The notes under the pieces: generated by a model
What the model was told of the DNA's origin: nothing
The model's input: only the letters and a program-made list of their open reading frames with translations
Databases searched by the model: none
Program-made: the position numbers and the translations under genes
DNA from: Strigamia acuminata
Lineage: Eukaryota
Direction: 5' to 3'
Length of the DNA stretch: 64,000 bases
NCBI GenBank assembly: GCA_949358305.1
Contig: OX442314.1
Location: 22,940,001 to 23,004,000, forward strand
Shown here: piece after piece, positions 49,340 to 63,763 of the stretch
Layout: the number at the start of each line of letters is the position of its first letter
Position numbering within the stretch: position 1 is the first letter of the stretch

Positions 49340-49733
49340 CTCTTGTTCAACTCAAATAAGTGGCCTTCTCCCATTGGCCGAGCCGTATCACTGGTGTAGT
49401 GATCCAAAAATGTAGACCCAAACACCAGAAATGGATTCCAATGTGCAGACATTTGTAATCGATAGACTAATTGTGTTCGGTCCAGACCAAAAAATCGATA
49501 AACAGAACAAAAATGAGTTTTTGATTTATATGTTCATATAACTTGATTTTTTCAAAGGAAGTAACATTTCTTGATACAAATAATCGAAATTATGTCAACC
49601 TAAATGGTTATAGCAATCACAAATCATAATAAAAATAAAAACTACTTCTCCTAGTGGTAGTAATACATACTTGAGGTAGGAGCAATACGGCTCGGCCAAT
49701 GGGAGAAGGCCACTTATTTGAGTTGAACAAGAG
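49340..49733. mobile_element. TACA|CTCT...AGAG|TATA MITE
   Basis: ~49-bp perfect TIRs. Confidence 0.88.
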
Positions 49734-51589
49734 TATAGAAGACTCATCAAGCAGGGCAAGCTTGTACTAAAAGGGGTCTGCCCACCGGAAGATAATTCCG
49801 GTTACTTTTGCATACGCTCTCATATACCATAAATTGTTTTGTGACAGTAGTTTCATACTCGTTTGAATGTTGTGTTCTTGCTATGACATTGTAAGCAACA
49901 ATAAATGTAACATGTCTCTTCGGTTGCGAGCAGCAACCGAATGAGAAAGGTTCAGTTCGAAATTGTGAACTATCGGGCATGTGTGTCTCATTACGGTTGC
50001 TTCGTAATGGAGCGACCGCTTCATACACGTTAGGTTGAAATACAATATTGACCAATAGACCTTTTAGTCATCAATGATTGTTTGATCAAAAGGTCTACAT
50101 TTTTGGTTTATTGTTTGTAGTTTAGAATGCTGTTAATGTGATTAAAATCAGTTTTTTGCTTCTCTGTTTGATGTGTCTATAAATCAAATTTAAAATTCAA
50201 ATTTTTGCCAGTTAGAGATTAATTCATCAAAGAATTATCTCTCGATTTACTTCTGCCATTAAATGTCTGGAAGTTAAAGTCAAATAGGTATTTGATTGCT
50301 CATGCCTTGAGCTACTTGTCTTGCATTTCATTGGCCTTTTGGCCTTGTGATGTTCTGTGCAGTCTCTGTAATCAATTATCAGTTTGGATTTATGGTTGTG
50401 TAAAGGGAAATCTGAAACAGCACTGAGCAAAAGAAGTCTTCTTTTTATTTGAAAGAAAAACAAATAACTTTTTTTGAAAGAAACATTTAGGGAAGAGTGA
50501 AAAAAAAATGTTTGATGGACAGATAAATGAAATAAAATTGTGAGTTGACTTGGGGTTCAAATCAAGTCCCACAGAGTATGTTGGTCTTTTTCCCCATTGA
50601 GTTTACGAAAAGAGAAGATTTCGACAGCAACATCTTCACCTTGTATTCTGTTTTATTTGTTTTGTCCTTTGCGGCAAATGTCGGTTAGAATCGATATTGA
50701 GTTTTGCTTTTATGCTATTTTTAACCGGTATTAAATGATAACATCCATATTCATAAAAATAAAAAAAAATTTAAAGTGAAACAAAAAAGATGTTTGGAGC
50801 AGGAATGGATGAAATTAAATTAGAACATTCGCAGTTGAGAAATATTTAAAAATATAAAATGGTTTTGTTTAAATGTCAAATACATACAGTCAGGCGCGGA
50901 TCCAAGGGGAGGGGGCATGGGAGCTTTGGACACCCCGTTGAGCAACGGAAAAGGTTTATTTTTAATTCAAACACATTTATTTATGTTCCAAAAAGTTCAT
51001 TTTAAGTTTACAAAATGAATTTATAAGCAACGAATTCATTCTTAGACAAAAAAAATGATCATTTTTTGGCTAAAGACATGCAATTTTTTCATTTTTTAGC
51101 CAAAAACTCTTATATTTTTTTTTTTTTGCCAAATACATTCATTTTTAAACGAAAAATTTAGTTAAATTAAAATCCGCCAAGTTTCTATTACAGATTGATG
51201 AATTTTAAGAATAAAATGAAAAATATTTTTTTTTTCTTATTTCTTAAAATTGTAATTGTATATTTTAATTAGTAATTCGATTAGCACTCCGAGTACGGTT
51301 TCATTTAACCCTCTGAGGCATAAGGGTAAAATGTGCCGTTCTGGTATAAGGCATTACGGATTTATGGACAATTTTCAAGTCAATTAGTTAAAGCGCCGTT
51401 TTGATTTTTGAAAGTTTGCAACTAATTTTATAAAGGGCGCTAGTTATGAATAGTGGAATAATATATTTTTTTACCAATTAGTTTAAACACTACTGGTAAA
51501 TGCGCAGCAAAGCCAGCATAATAGTTTTAAGGGAGTTTTAAGGGGCAGAAAATTTGCATTTAGCATAATTAATTATATAAATGACCAAT

Positions 51590-51664
51590 GACATATTCTG
51601 TACATATTCTGACATATTCTGTACATATTCTGTACATATTCTGACATATTCTGTACATATTCTG
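51590..51664. repeat. 10/11-bp tandem repeat (G[T]ACATATTCT)
   Basis: Visible tandem array of ~7 units. Confidence 0.85.
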
Positions 51665-54600
51665 TGTATTCATAAGCGCGACTTCGCACATTTGATTACC
51701 GTATTCGAAAAAATGAATCAAATTGATTGGATTTTTATTCTAGAGTTTGACCTTAAATTTATAAAACAAACACTCGAATGCAATTTGCATTGCAAGTGGG
51801 GATGGGATTATCTTTATTTATTTTTTGTGTGTTTTAATTTAGGTTAATTCCATTTGATGCATTTCCCTGCATGGTTTGCGAAATGAATGTCTTGACATGT
51901 GCTTAAATGAATTGTTGAGAAATGAGTTTAATTGGATCGGCTGCAAACACAATCTTCCAAGTTGAATAAAGAATAGCATTCCATTGGGTCATGTATCTTC
52001 AACACTCCAGAAAAGGTTCATTAAGTTGGAAACGACGTTGTCGAACCGTTCGATTTGCTTTCAGTAATGAATTTAATTGTAAAAAAAAATATTTTTTTTG
52101 AGCTCTAGCACGTTGCCATTGATTTGTTATTAGGATTGGAATTGGGGAAATAGATTGTTGAAGAGGTGGCTCTCAATCCTCCAGAGAGAATGCTAGATGG
52201 AGAAGCTTCATAGGGGGAAAAAAGAGTCTCTAGAGTAATGCCGCTAGAAACAGTTGATTTTTGAGCAATGGATTGTTTCAGAGCACTGAGAGAAGGATTG
52301 ATGGAAATGCATGGTCTTGCAGATAAGGAACTTTATAGTGGAAGATTCTTGCTCAGACGCTAAGCTGTTTGCATGTGGGTTGAAATCAAGGAATAATGTT
52401 GAAAGGAAAGTTTTATTCTTTTCTTTTCTCTCTCAAACAATTTTTTTAAAAAAAAAATAAAAACTACTTAAGATTTGTTTTATTTGTAAGAATGAAATTA
52501 GGTGCAACAATGATTTTGGGGGCGGTTGATCGGACACTCAATATAATATCGGCTGAGGTATCGTTATCAGCCGATATTCGTTCGGTATCGTATCGACAAT
52601 ATTGTAAAATATGGATATCGGTCAAAGTCTAATTAATACTAGACGCATTCATTCATAAAACAATTTAGACTAAACAGCATTGTAAACAACATTGCTCCAT
52701 ATCACATATTTGCATTTGTATTCGATTTACCTGTATCACTTTTTGTGAAGCTACACCTGCAGCGCCACCTGGTTGTTTTGCTTATTAAAACTCACTGAAT
52801 TAAATATCTTCGTAATGGACGCTCATCTTTGAATTCGCTCATTACCACATTTCTACAAACTTGATGAAAACACATCAAACATTTAAACTGTTTATCTCGA
52901 TCTAACTTGAAAAATTGCGGCCGGTTTAGTCTGTTTTCAGTCAGTTGGCATGCACATGACAAAACATATTTAAATGCAAGTTAAACATGACTTGATGAAT
53001 GCATCTACTGCAATCGTTCAATTCGAACGTTCTGTTGAACAATTTTGTTTCGCAACATGAAATTTGTGCGTCTAACTCTAAATTATCGATAAACCACATA
53101 GCATTCGTGATATTGCTACTGATTACGGTATATTTACTCGCAGACATGCTTTAGTAATTGCATATTGATTATAAAAAAAACACAGTTTAGACTTGTTATC
53201 GTGACAGTAATGTACTGTTGAAAATTGCAATAACCCAAGAGGGAGCGGGGTTTGGGTGATTTAGAAATCAATACGTGATTTTAAGGCATTTAATTGAGTG
53301 AATGAATTGCACTGGAGGTCTCGGAAACCTCTCACATTTACCTATTTTCCTTTATTAAATTTGCGCTCACTTAAATCTTTATTTTCAAGAGTACTCCTGA
53401 CTCCATTTAGTAACCTCGGAGATGGGATTATCGTCTATCGGCATTTTTGGTTAATTGTTACATTGTGATGCAGTTTCTGCGCGTCCTTTTGAAATTAACC
53501 ACAATACTAGTCATGGAATGCTGCATAAGTATTTTGTGTGTTTTTGCACGAAATCGAACTTGAAATTGTGGTTTTACTCACTTTTTTTGGTGTTTTCTGC
53601 TTCATTTGGAAGCTAACTTGTATGGCAGCCATTACGAATTTTACTTTAAAAACCAAAACCAGGCATAAACCACTTGAAAAACCATTGTGGTTGTGTTTTC
53701 TGTATTTGCTGTTTTTGTGTATTGTTTATAGCGGTTTTTGGTCTTCAATATTAAAATTTGAATGGCCCAAATGTTTGGAATTTTTAGAAACGGTATAAAT
53801 TTCTAAAAGCAACATTACAATATTGATATATCTGTCAAAAAGGTTGGCATATTGTGATTACGATATGTTTACTAGAATAATTGAATTAGATCGATCAAAG
53901 CAAACCAAACACAAGTTGCTTAACAAAATTATGAATAAACTGAATAATTCTTAGTTATTTTATCTCGAAATTTAATTAATTTTAAAGAAATTAACCACAA
54001 CTTGCTTGGATGTACTGTACGTACAGTACATCAACATCATCTTGCGAGGAATACTGGACCTGGAGAATTGATAGCGGCACATTTACTAGTAGTTACAAGT
54101 ATCCAGTCAAACAGCTGTCACAAAATCCCCATCTGCAATCACCACCATTGGAAAACCATAAATCCAATCAATTCGAGGGGATTTTTCAATCCACGATTTA
54201 ACCTTCACACGAATTTTCTCATTTAATCGTCATATATCACATAATGCACTAAACAAGCTCAATAACAATCTCACCACACAAGATCCAGAAAAATCCCATT
54301 TCTTCACCACCTCTTAATAAGTTGATAAATTGAGAATGGAGACTCGATGTACACACGGAACTGCTGTATTGCAACCACTTAAGAAGTTTAAAACAAACGA
54401 TGATCAGCGATACTACATCCGAAGTTGATCCCTAGGGAAACATGAATAGCGGTGGTGAGTTTTACAGATTGCTACCATGATTACTTCACTGCTTGGCTGT
54501 TATTGCGGTTTGCACCTAATCCACGTGGATTTAGCAGGTGGAAGAATGTTGGCATGTTGAGTATTTTTGGTTAAAAAATTAAAGCCGGTTCAGATCGAGT

Positions 54601-57112
54601 AAGATATTCACGGGAACTGTCTTCAAATTGCTGCGATGGGATGGGATGGGAAGGGAAGAAAAAAAAATTCATTTTTCTTCCTTTCGTCTCAAAACGGTTC
54701 TCGGGCCATTGAATTTTTATCTGGCATTTTGTGAAAGTGTTTTCGTGCTCTGGTATTATAACAGTAGCAATTTGGGTTGGCTAGGTTTCTTTGCTGCAGA
54801 ATGATACATCAAGCAAACCATGGCGGTCGTAATGTATTTTATGCTATAGTGGTTACGTGTGAATTTCTTTGCCATTGGCTCAGCATTTCCTTTAATTCGG
54901 CGATGGCGATCAATAATGCGAATGCATTTTGTACTTTGCACTTAAAGTGTTTATAATTTTTATTGAAATTATTATTGTTTGGGTTAATATTAGTAATCGT
55001 TGCACATTTTTCTGGCACTGCACTGCACGAACGCTTTGTCACAGCTGTCACGTTTGCAATAAAGGGCATTTTCGATTCATTTAATGTGTTTACACAAAAT
55101 AGAAACGTTTTTCATGTTGCATCACAAGTTTGATGGAGGAGATTTTTTTAACTGCTGGAAACGTGATAGGGTGTGTGTAGATTCAAACGTGAAATTATGG
55201 AGAGGATTCAATACCACATTTGCGGGTTTAACTTCTAATGCATTCAAAACACTCGGAAATTCCAGACGCATCGTGCAACTGGCAAAAAATGGAATTTGGA
55301 AGCAACTCGAAATGCGTAAGGAGTTCAGACTTGACATAACACGAAATAATAAATACGTGCATGGTAAACAACCTTACAACATTGAGGAGATTTTCTGGCA
55401 ACCGTGATGGGGACAGAAGTGCTCGCAGCTTCATTTATTTATTGTAGAAGAAAAAATGAAGAAAATAAGTTTTAAATTGATAAATTCTCTTAATATTAAA
55501 CCCATGGCAGAAACATCGTTAATAACAAAAGATGTCAAATGGAAAGCTTAAAAATGATATTTTATTACATTTATTTTGCGAACAATCGTTATTATTATTA
55601 GTATTATTATTATTTTTGATGAGCATATAGCACTTGTTAATGCATTGGTATTTCAGACAGCTTGTTGTCACATTTACATTGTAATTACATTCTCAGCAAT
55701 TCATGCATTGTCTTTTCCATTTAATTGGTATCTTCTTAATCGAGGGGATACAGGAATGACTCTTGACCATTGTTTTATATTGTGACGCTGATCATCTCAC
55801 CCGTATGTCAACTTGTAATAAAATTACTCTTGTTACCAATCATCAACAATGACAGTCGCTCATTAATTTAATCGGTTTACATTGAGAAACACAGACACTT
55901 CAATGATGTAGTGTCATTCAATACAAAATAATACTCCGTAGTATTTTGTTCAGTAGTTGGCAACGGACTACAGAGTGGTTACCCAGACCCCATTGCTGGT
56001 TGCGAAGGAGCCTCTATAACATTTCAAGCTTCAGCGCTCCAAAAATGAATATTCGCCCCTGGTTGTGGATGAGGAGGTCATTGGTTTTCCTTTAATCAAG
56101 ATTCTATAATGAGCGCGTGGTCTTTGACTTTGGGACATCCCATCAAGGTCATTGCCATACTTTCTCATAAACTATACAAGATAGGGGAAAATGTTTAATC
56201 GTAAAGCATTTGTTTAGTGTAATGCTATTATCAACACAGGATGTGAATGGGTAACTTTTTTGTTAGAATAAGAGAAGCAAAGAAAAAATAACTACATTAG
56301 AATTACCATTACTTTTTGTGTGAACAGAATGTGAATTGGAATGGAAAAAATTCGAATTACATTTGACGTCAAAGAAAAAAAGAAATTGGTCTGGGTTGGA
56401 TTAGTGTCAGTTAGCGTTACATCTTTAGTGAAGGTGCTTCTTTCTTTGTAGCAATTTTATTGTGTTTCTTTATAAATATACATTTTTAAAAACGAACTTT
56501 GAAGTTGGAAATTAAGTGAAAATGCAGTAATGGGTACTTAGTAATGCAAACTAAGTGCTTTTACTTGTTACTTTTAATACAAAAATACATCTTGATTGTT
56601 TACACAAATTTTACATAAAATTGAACAAATCCAAATATTTTCAATTCAAATCGATGTTTACATGGCAACAAAAGATTATTCAAATTGCAAATTAAAGATG
56701 TGATAACTCGTATGGATTAATACCTCAAGTAAAAATAAATAAAACTTACTTTCAAACTTTTTCTTTGTTTGTTTTCTTTTTGGGATACCATAAACCTTAG
56801 AATTTATTAGGTGGATAACTGGGAAATATTCATAAAATGCAGGTGGTTGCATCAGCAGAGCAGCGAGAGTGGCATGTTTTTGCTACTAGTTGAGACCAAG
56901 CCTTAAGAGCAGGAAATGAGGCTGCTTACATGGGTAGAATGAACTTGGGTCTTTATGCAGCTAAGAATGGAAAACATCTCCAGGATATTTTTTAATAGAA
57001 ATAGATAGCCATCTGGGATGTTATAGTGCAAATTTCATTGTTACTTGGAGGGAGATTATCATTATATCAGTAGTGCTACAGGTTTATGTTTCATAATTGG
57101 CAGTTAAACAGT

Positions 57113-57743
57113 AGGTGCATTCCAAAACTCCCGTTTCAGCCGTTTCAGCCGTGTCGTGTTAGCGATTATGACGTCACATCCGGAAAAATTCCGTGTCTGT
57201 GGCGCTAAAACGGCTGAAACGAGAACGTGTATTAAAACACGTGTTAGTAGACACGATTTTAGTGTTAGGGCTGCCGTCGTTCGATTTTCATCCTTGTTTG
57301 TACGAGATGGTAAGAAAAAGTTTTATAAACATGTTTTTGGAAATATATACTGGTATTTATTTATTTGTTATAAAATATTCGAAGTTTTAAAAAACTTAAT
57401 TTATTTTCGTCAACACGTGTTATTGTTAAAAAAAAATCGATGGCGCTAGGATTTTGGCGCGATTGTTGAAAACCTAGCCATTTTCCGTGCACAAATAAAT
57501 TAGATTAGTCAGAATTCGAATATTTTATAACTTGATTTTGTGAACAGATAAATATTTCCAAAAGTGATGTTACTAAGGTAATACAAATTTTTATTCATTT
57601 TTTTGTTTAGAATGTCACCAATTGCTAAAACGAGGACAAAAAAAAATTTCGTTTTGACGTTCCTAAACAGGCCTGAAACGACCATAAAACGAAACGGAAC
57701 AAAAACGCCTAAAACGCCTAACACTGAGTTTTGGAATGCACCA
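57113..57743. mobile_element. MITE AGGTGCATTCCAAAACTC...GAGTTTTGGAATGCACCA, TSD AGT
   Basis: ~18-bp TIRs, agt on both sides. Confidence 0.82.
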
Positions 57744-59478
57744 AGTGTTTTTAAATAAAGCAACAGATCCTCTTTGCAAATAAAGAAGAAGACTACAAAT
57801 TTTAAATTTGTTAAAAATTAATTACAATAAAAGCTAGTTTGACACAAACATTGCAGGGAAGTGTCACTATAGGCACATTCAATAAGGCGCAGCACGATTC
57901 TGTTATGATTTGATCCAGAATATGGTGGCATGATAAAAATAGCATGACCTCTGGAAGGTCGTCATAAGGTTGTGTTGCCAGGCAATTTTTGGACATAAGA
58001 ATCTTGTGTTAATACTTGAGCTATCTCGTATCAAGAGTTACATTCAAGAACAGTCTCATGTTGTGTTAATTCTTTATTGAATGCGCGTACTGTTTTGATG
58101 GAAGCATTTCAAAGCCATGTTGTTGTTGTTGTTTTTTATTTTATTACACAATGTGAGCCACATTCCACACTATTGCGTGTTTCAATTCATTTTGAGTGCA
58201 GCATGTCAAAGCAGTGATACTTCACTGCAATGTTTGTGTAAAACTATAGCATTTTTCTTTTATTGTCTAAATTCTGTCATTTATATAGAAATTGTAACTT
58301 GATTGTATGAAATCAGTGATGCTTTACCACTTTCTAATTTAGAATTTTCCATATTGCTGATGGTTTGAAAGTTGACAGACATTGATCCCAAGGTCCAAAG
58401 GTCATTTTTCGAACCACTATCGCCACTTTCCATCCAACACCATTAAAACAATTGTAAAATTTTGATTTGTTTAAGCTTATTCTGCTAGAAATCCGTAAGA
58501 AAAGCCCTGTGTGATAATAATGTATGAAGCACAATACCATAATCGGTATGCGCAGCACAAAAATTCTTGCATCTTAGTAAATGTCAAATGTCAAAAACTT
58601 GCAAGATTAACCTAAAAGGACCATAAATTTTTAAAGACGCGTTTTATAACTGCCTTGTGTGCGAGATACGCTTAGGTTTAGTGAGTCATGTCATTTCTGA
58701 ATTTTTTGCATGTATTTCGTTCTACCAGAGTTTTATTATTTATGTTTTAGTTGGAAAGGAATTTCTGGCCGTTGAAACAGAGCAGGCATTCAAGTGCAGC
58801 CGAGAAAGCTCTGCGGAAAAGAGAATCCTGTTGATAATTCAACGGCATTTTATTGTAGAGTGCGCTACCAGCCGCCAACTCCTAGAGTACATGTGTGCAT
58901 GCGAGATCAGACGTTAGATTCCGTGAGATTATTCATAAGGCGGCACGTGATTAGGCGTGAGATTGCACTTGTGATTGCGTATGAGATATCAGCAGATCAG
59001 GAGCAAGATTGCACGAGATTAGGCGCAGAAAGACCAAACTGCTTCTTATTTATAGAGGGAATAAATTTGTCTCGTCTCGTGATATGCAGCGTTAGACATG
59101 GACTCTGGACGAAGAATGTCCGATAATCACTTGTGTGTACTGTGTTAGTCTACTCAAGTGGAAATGGTGTAAACAGACAATTATCATTTCAAACTAACAA
59201 ACGGCACAATCGTATCACTGGGCAGCATTTAGCTCAAATTGAATGAAAGGAGAGATCGTGATTTGTTGTTTGCATTGCATTTCCGCATGAATGGAATTTT
59301 CTACAGGTAATCACTTCTCATTGATGTATTTGCTAACGATGCCCGCACCTGATTGAATAGTGTGGTCTTTGGGTAGATTTCAATGTTAAAGAATAGAAAT
59401 GATGATAATTAGTTATAAACGTGTGTTTATCAAGTTCGTGGGCAAATTTTTTATTTCAAGAATTTAATTTTAAATACG

Positions 59479-59807
59479 AGGCGCATTCAATAACTTTTTG
59501 TTTAAATTGTTGCCAGTCTTAATAATTATTGAAGTGATGATTAATGTTGTTGTTTACTCCAAAACAATTAATAACTGCTGCAAAACTGTACCGAGATCTC
59601 CGATTGGGTTCTAACGGAATCTAAGATGGCAGCAAAAATGTGCGATATGAACGAGAAAACTCGTTACACAGAGATTTAAACAACCTATTTAGGTCGTTTA
59701 TTTTCAGCCCATTTAAACCCATTTAAACGAGCTTTTAAATGAGAATCTCGTCTAAATGTTTGTTCAAACGGCTTTAAACGACCGTTTATATGTTTTTGAA
59801 TGCACCT
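59479..59807. mobile_element. Degenerate member of the AGGTGCATTC-TIR MITE family
   Basis: aggcgcattcaa ... ttgaatgcacct, flanks acg/act. Confidence 0.6.
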
Positions 59808-62800
59808 ACTGTTGATTAAACGCGGTATCCTTTACAAAATGCACTTTTTATGTGCAAAAATAGACTTAATATGATTGAAAATCTATTTTAATTATCACCT
59901 AATCATTTTGTATGCGAGGAATCAAGTTCTGTCAATAGGGCGCAGGTGTTCTATGAGATCAGTTATGGTAAGCATCAAGCTAAAAGGAATAGCATAAAGT
60001 AAAGCATAATATCGTGCACTATCGGCAAAATGAGAACCCCTCTCGCGCTTTATTAGAGACCCGCGCATTATCTGATAGGCCAATTTTAAAATTAAAACTT
60101 TACTGGAAATGCTTTCAAACTTTATTCAGAATTGTCCAAACATGGAGCCATACTTCACATTTTATGCTCAAACATTTGTTATTTTTTCTTAGGGTCTCTA
60201 TTATAATTGCCTGCGTTATAATAGAGATTTGCACACTCCTGACACATTTAGATTCCCCCGTATTTAAATAGAGACCTGCGGTGTAATGAACTCGCACACA
60301 ATGAATGTGTTTTGGCAATTTATCATATTTTATTTCAGACACCATCCAGCTGAGGTTATTTCGTATAACCCCACAGGTTATACAGTATTCCCCGTAATGG
60401 AGAAGAATGGTTTAGAACTCTAAGAGAATTGATCATGGCAGGAATTAATACGCAAAACTGTGGTTTTTGGGACCCTCCGAGGATAAACCAGCTGGACTGC
60501 AACAGCTGTGGCCCCACAATATTGTATCTTGTTCGACATTAACTCTTGGACAGAGATCTAATTCTACTCGTTTATCCTAGTTTATTACTAAATTTTAGAC
60601 TGCGCCGTAAGAATTTGGTAAGATACTGTGCGGTTTTTCGAAAATAAAACAAACCATTTTGTTTTGCACGCTTTGTTGTGCATGTTGTTTTCCGGAACAG
60701 CACCCAAATTTTAAAGTATGTCTTGACTAAGTATTTGAAACTGTAATGGAGCAAGCAAATAACGTGACCGTTGGCGTAGTTGAGATTTACATAACTGACT
60801 ATAGTTTATTCAAAGTAACATGTAGGTGGCGTGGCACAATTAACAAGTAACATGTGACGTGTATTGGCGTGCAGAACCCTCCATTTTATATTTAAGAGTT
60901 AATTACTAAAAAGTCGTTGAAAATAATTTGTTTTTATTTTACGCTTGATGGGTGTACACAATTAGAGAAAGTTTGCAAGAAAAGTCTATTGTGATGCGAT
61001 CTACCTGAGTGCACTATCGAACTCGACTTTTTATCTTTTTCTTATCTGAAACTTTGTGTCTTTTAAAGTTGATATAATTTTGTGGAGGTCTTTTCTGGAG
61101 GTACGCTAGCAGGAGGTTGTGCGCTTTGCCAAATGCTGTAGGCAACTTTTACGACGGACCAAATTACTCTGCTGTGATCAAATGCAGTTTTCCTTTCCTC
61201 TATTTTTCGGTGCAGTGTCGTCTTGTCCGTGATTGGTTGCACTTTGTGCTTGTGTGTGGGTGTGTGTTGGCGCCAAATTAGTTGGCAAAGAGTTGATTTT
61301 GGCTGAATGTAGATAATGTTGTACTTAGCTTGTGTGGAAGAATCGAAGAAAAGTGTTTGACAACTTCCATGGGGAGAAAATACTTTTTAGTTTCGAACCA
61401 TTCCTTGTGAAAGATCCATAAACATTTGACTTATTTATGAGTTTAAGAAGAGGATATGGTGGATGGAAAATCGATAAATTGGCAAAGTGGAAGGGAAAAT
61501 AAAACGAAATGAATAAATTTAGTAAGCTGGCTGGGTGTGTATTAGTGTATTACATCACCTTTTTAACCCTAATTTTACTCTTATTTTTGTAGGAGAAAAT
61601 AAAATCAGTTTTTCCTGCACTTTAGCAACCAATTCAAAAACCATATATCAACCGATTTGATATATGTCCCACGTCGCATTCAAACTGTGATTACCAGAAC
61701 CCCGGATTGATATTTTATTTATATTTATATTTTTACTATTAGTTTGGTTAAACTAGCCAGGAATGTGAATATGTTTGTCATATTGCATTTATTTTTTCAT
61801 TGGGAAATGATTGCGTAGGTTTAATTGTAATATAAACGTCGGATTTAATTTGATTTGCTTAGTACTAATTTTTGTTAATTTAGTTAAAGTAATTTGTCTC
61901 AGTTTTGATGAATAAATTTGATTTATTCATGAATTTAACGTTCCCTTCTATTGTTCTCCTCGCTTTAGTTAAAATTTAAAATGCATTATGTATTGTTACA
62001 AACAAAGAAAGTTTTCTCATGCATGATTTCCAGTTCTTACGGTCATTGATTTGAATGAAATATTTGAATATCGTTGGTTCAGTCCCGTTCTTAGGATATT
62101 TTGTGAACAATGGGTACAAATGTGCCTGCGTTGGTTCGATGAGTTAATTTTACCTCTTTGATTCTATAAATGGAATGTCATTTGAGTTCAAATGTGCAAT
62201 GCGACTAAAAATACAGTACGTGGAGCTTAAAATGTCAATTGCAGGAACTTTATATTCAGCAAAATATAAACAATAATATTTTGTTTGTGGCGCGACGCAT
62301 AATTAGGCTGTTGCGTCAATAGTTTTAAATTTCTAGGCTTAAGGTTTTAATTCAGCCGATCCTTGATTAAACGTGACAGACTCAGATTGAAAAATTTTAA
62401 ATAATATGAAATTTTATCTGTGCATGTGATGAGGCGTATTTTACTACATATTTTATTACCAGGACATCGAATACTCACTTAGAGCAGTCATTGTATAATT
62501 GTATTGAACATTTGACAAAGTGTTTACAATGATGGATGGTGTACGTACGTAACTATGGAATACAACGGTTGTCATATCCACAATGTAAAACATTTAACCC
62601 TATTTATTAATAACAGGTTGCTTTAGTTTCTCTTATTTAACTCTGTACTATTCTCAACACAATTCAGTTTTAATTATCCACCACTTCGGTTGAAATCAAT
62701 TGTTTTATCCGTATAAATTTGAATTACCGTTGATGCAAAATTGATTATTTCACTCAACCAGTAAGTTACCAATCTAAGAGGAAGATAATTGAAAAATGAT

Positions 62801-63275
62801 TCATTTAATGTCAAATTACACTGATTATAAACAGTTTTTACGGGCTTGATACATATTGACAGATCGCGTATCCTATCGCTTTCCGGGATCAGTGGAACTA
62901 GAATATATGTTGTAAACTATAAAGCTGCCAGATGACAAAATTTTCCATAAATCATCTTTTCTCCAATGGGGTGGATATTATACAGAATAAATTTACAAAG
63001 CATCATGAGTGCCTTCATTGAACATGTGGCAGAAGGCTCTTGTGTAGAACCCGACCTGGAACGAGCATTGCATAATTTATGGCTTTTTACTTGATGTTGT
63101 TGTGTGTTTTCAGGTTATGAGCCATTAGTATTAGTTTTTGTACTCCTACACGAAGCTTCTATCAAGGAAAACTTTCAGACAAAAATTGATTTTTCTTGTC
63201 TTCTGAATGTGATAATAAATTAAAGTGAGATAAATATTCGAAATTATTTTGGGATTTTGTAAACCTTATTATAAA

Positions 63276-63461
63276 CACTCAAAAAATTTATAGTTGGTTC
63301 AACAGACGACTAAAAATTTAGTAGAATTAGCTAACTCTTTTTGTTTCCTTTACTAAATTTAGTTGAGGCAACAAAATCCTTAAGTTGTCTTTAACTAAAT
63401 GTTTAGTTGTCTTTCAGCCAACCATACATTAAGTTAAAGCAACAGAACTGTTTTTTGAGTG
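63276..63461. mobile_element. CMC/EnSpm-like MITE CACTCAAAAAA...TTTTTTGAGTG
   Basis: 11-bp TIRs starting CAC, 2-bp AA flanks. Confidence 0.7.
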
Positions 63462-63627
63462 AAGATTCATTCATGCTTAAAATGTCATGCACATGTCCAC
63501 TGTGACTGAAAACAGACTATGTTTCTGATAGAGCACTCGCGCTTTATTGAATTCAATCGGTTTGGTCATTTTAAACATTTATTTTAGCCTTCCTGATGAA
63601 TTAAGACATTTCTTTTGGTCATTTTCT

Positions 63628-63763
63628 TCAATTTAGATATTGAGTTTAGTCGTTTTGTTCAATTTAGATATTGAGTTCAGTCGTTTTGATCAATTTAGGC
63701 CCACGTTGTGTAAAAGATACCGCATTCAATTAGCATTCTGAGGTCAATGAGAGCGTTTACGGT
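63628..63763 (-). mobile_element. Inverse copy of the 483-940 element with only ~2-3 of the 31-bp units
   Basis: Reverse complement reads taccgtaaacgctctcattg...gctaattgaatgcggtatctt... followed by the same 31-bp unit. Confidence 0.8.

Noticed and set aside
51306..51340. piggyBac-like end TTAA|CCCT
   Set aside because: No matching opposite terminus was identified.
55084..55434. 107-aa ORF and overlapping antisense ORFs
   Set aside because: No recognisable homology or splice support.
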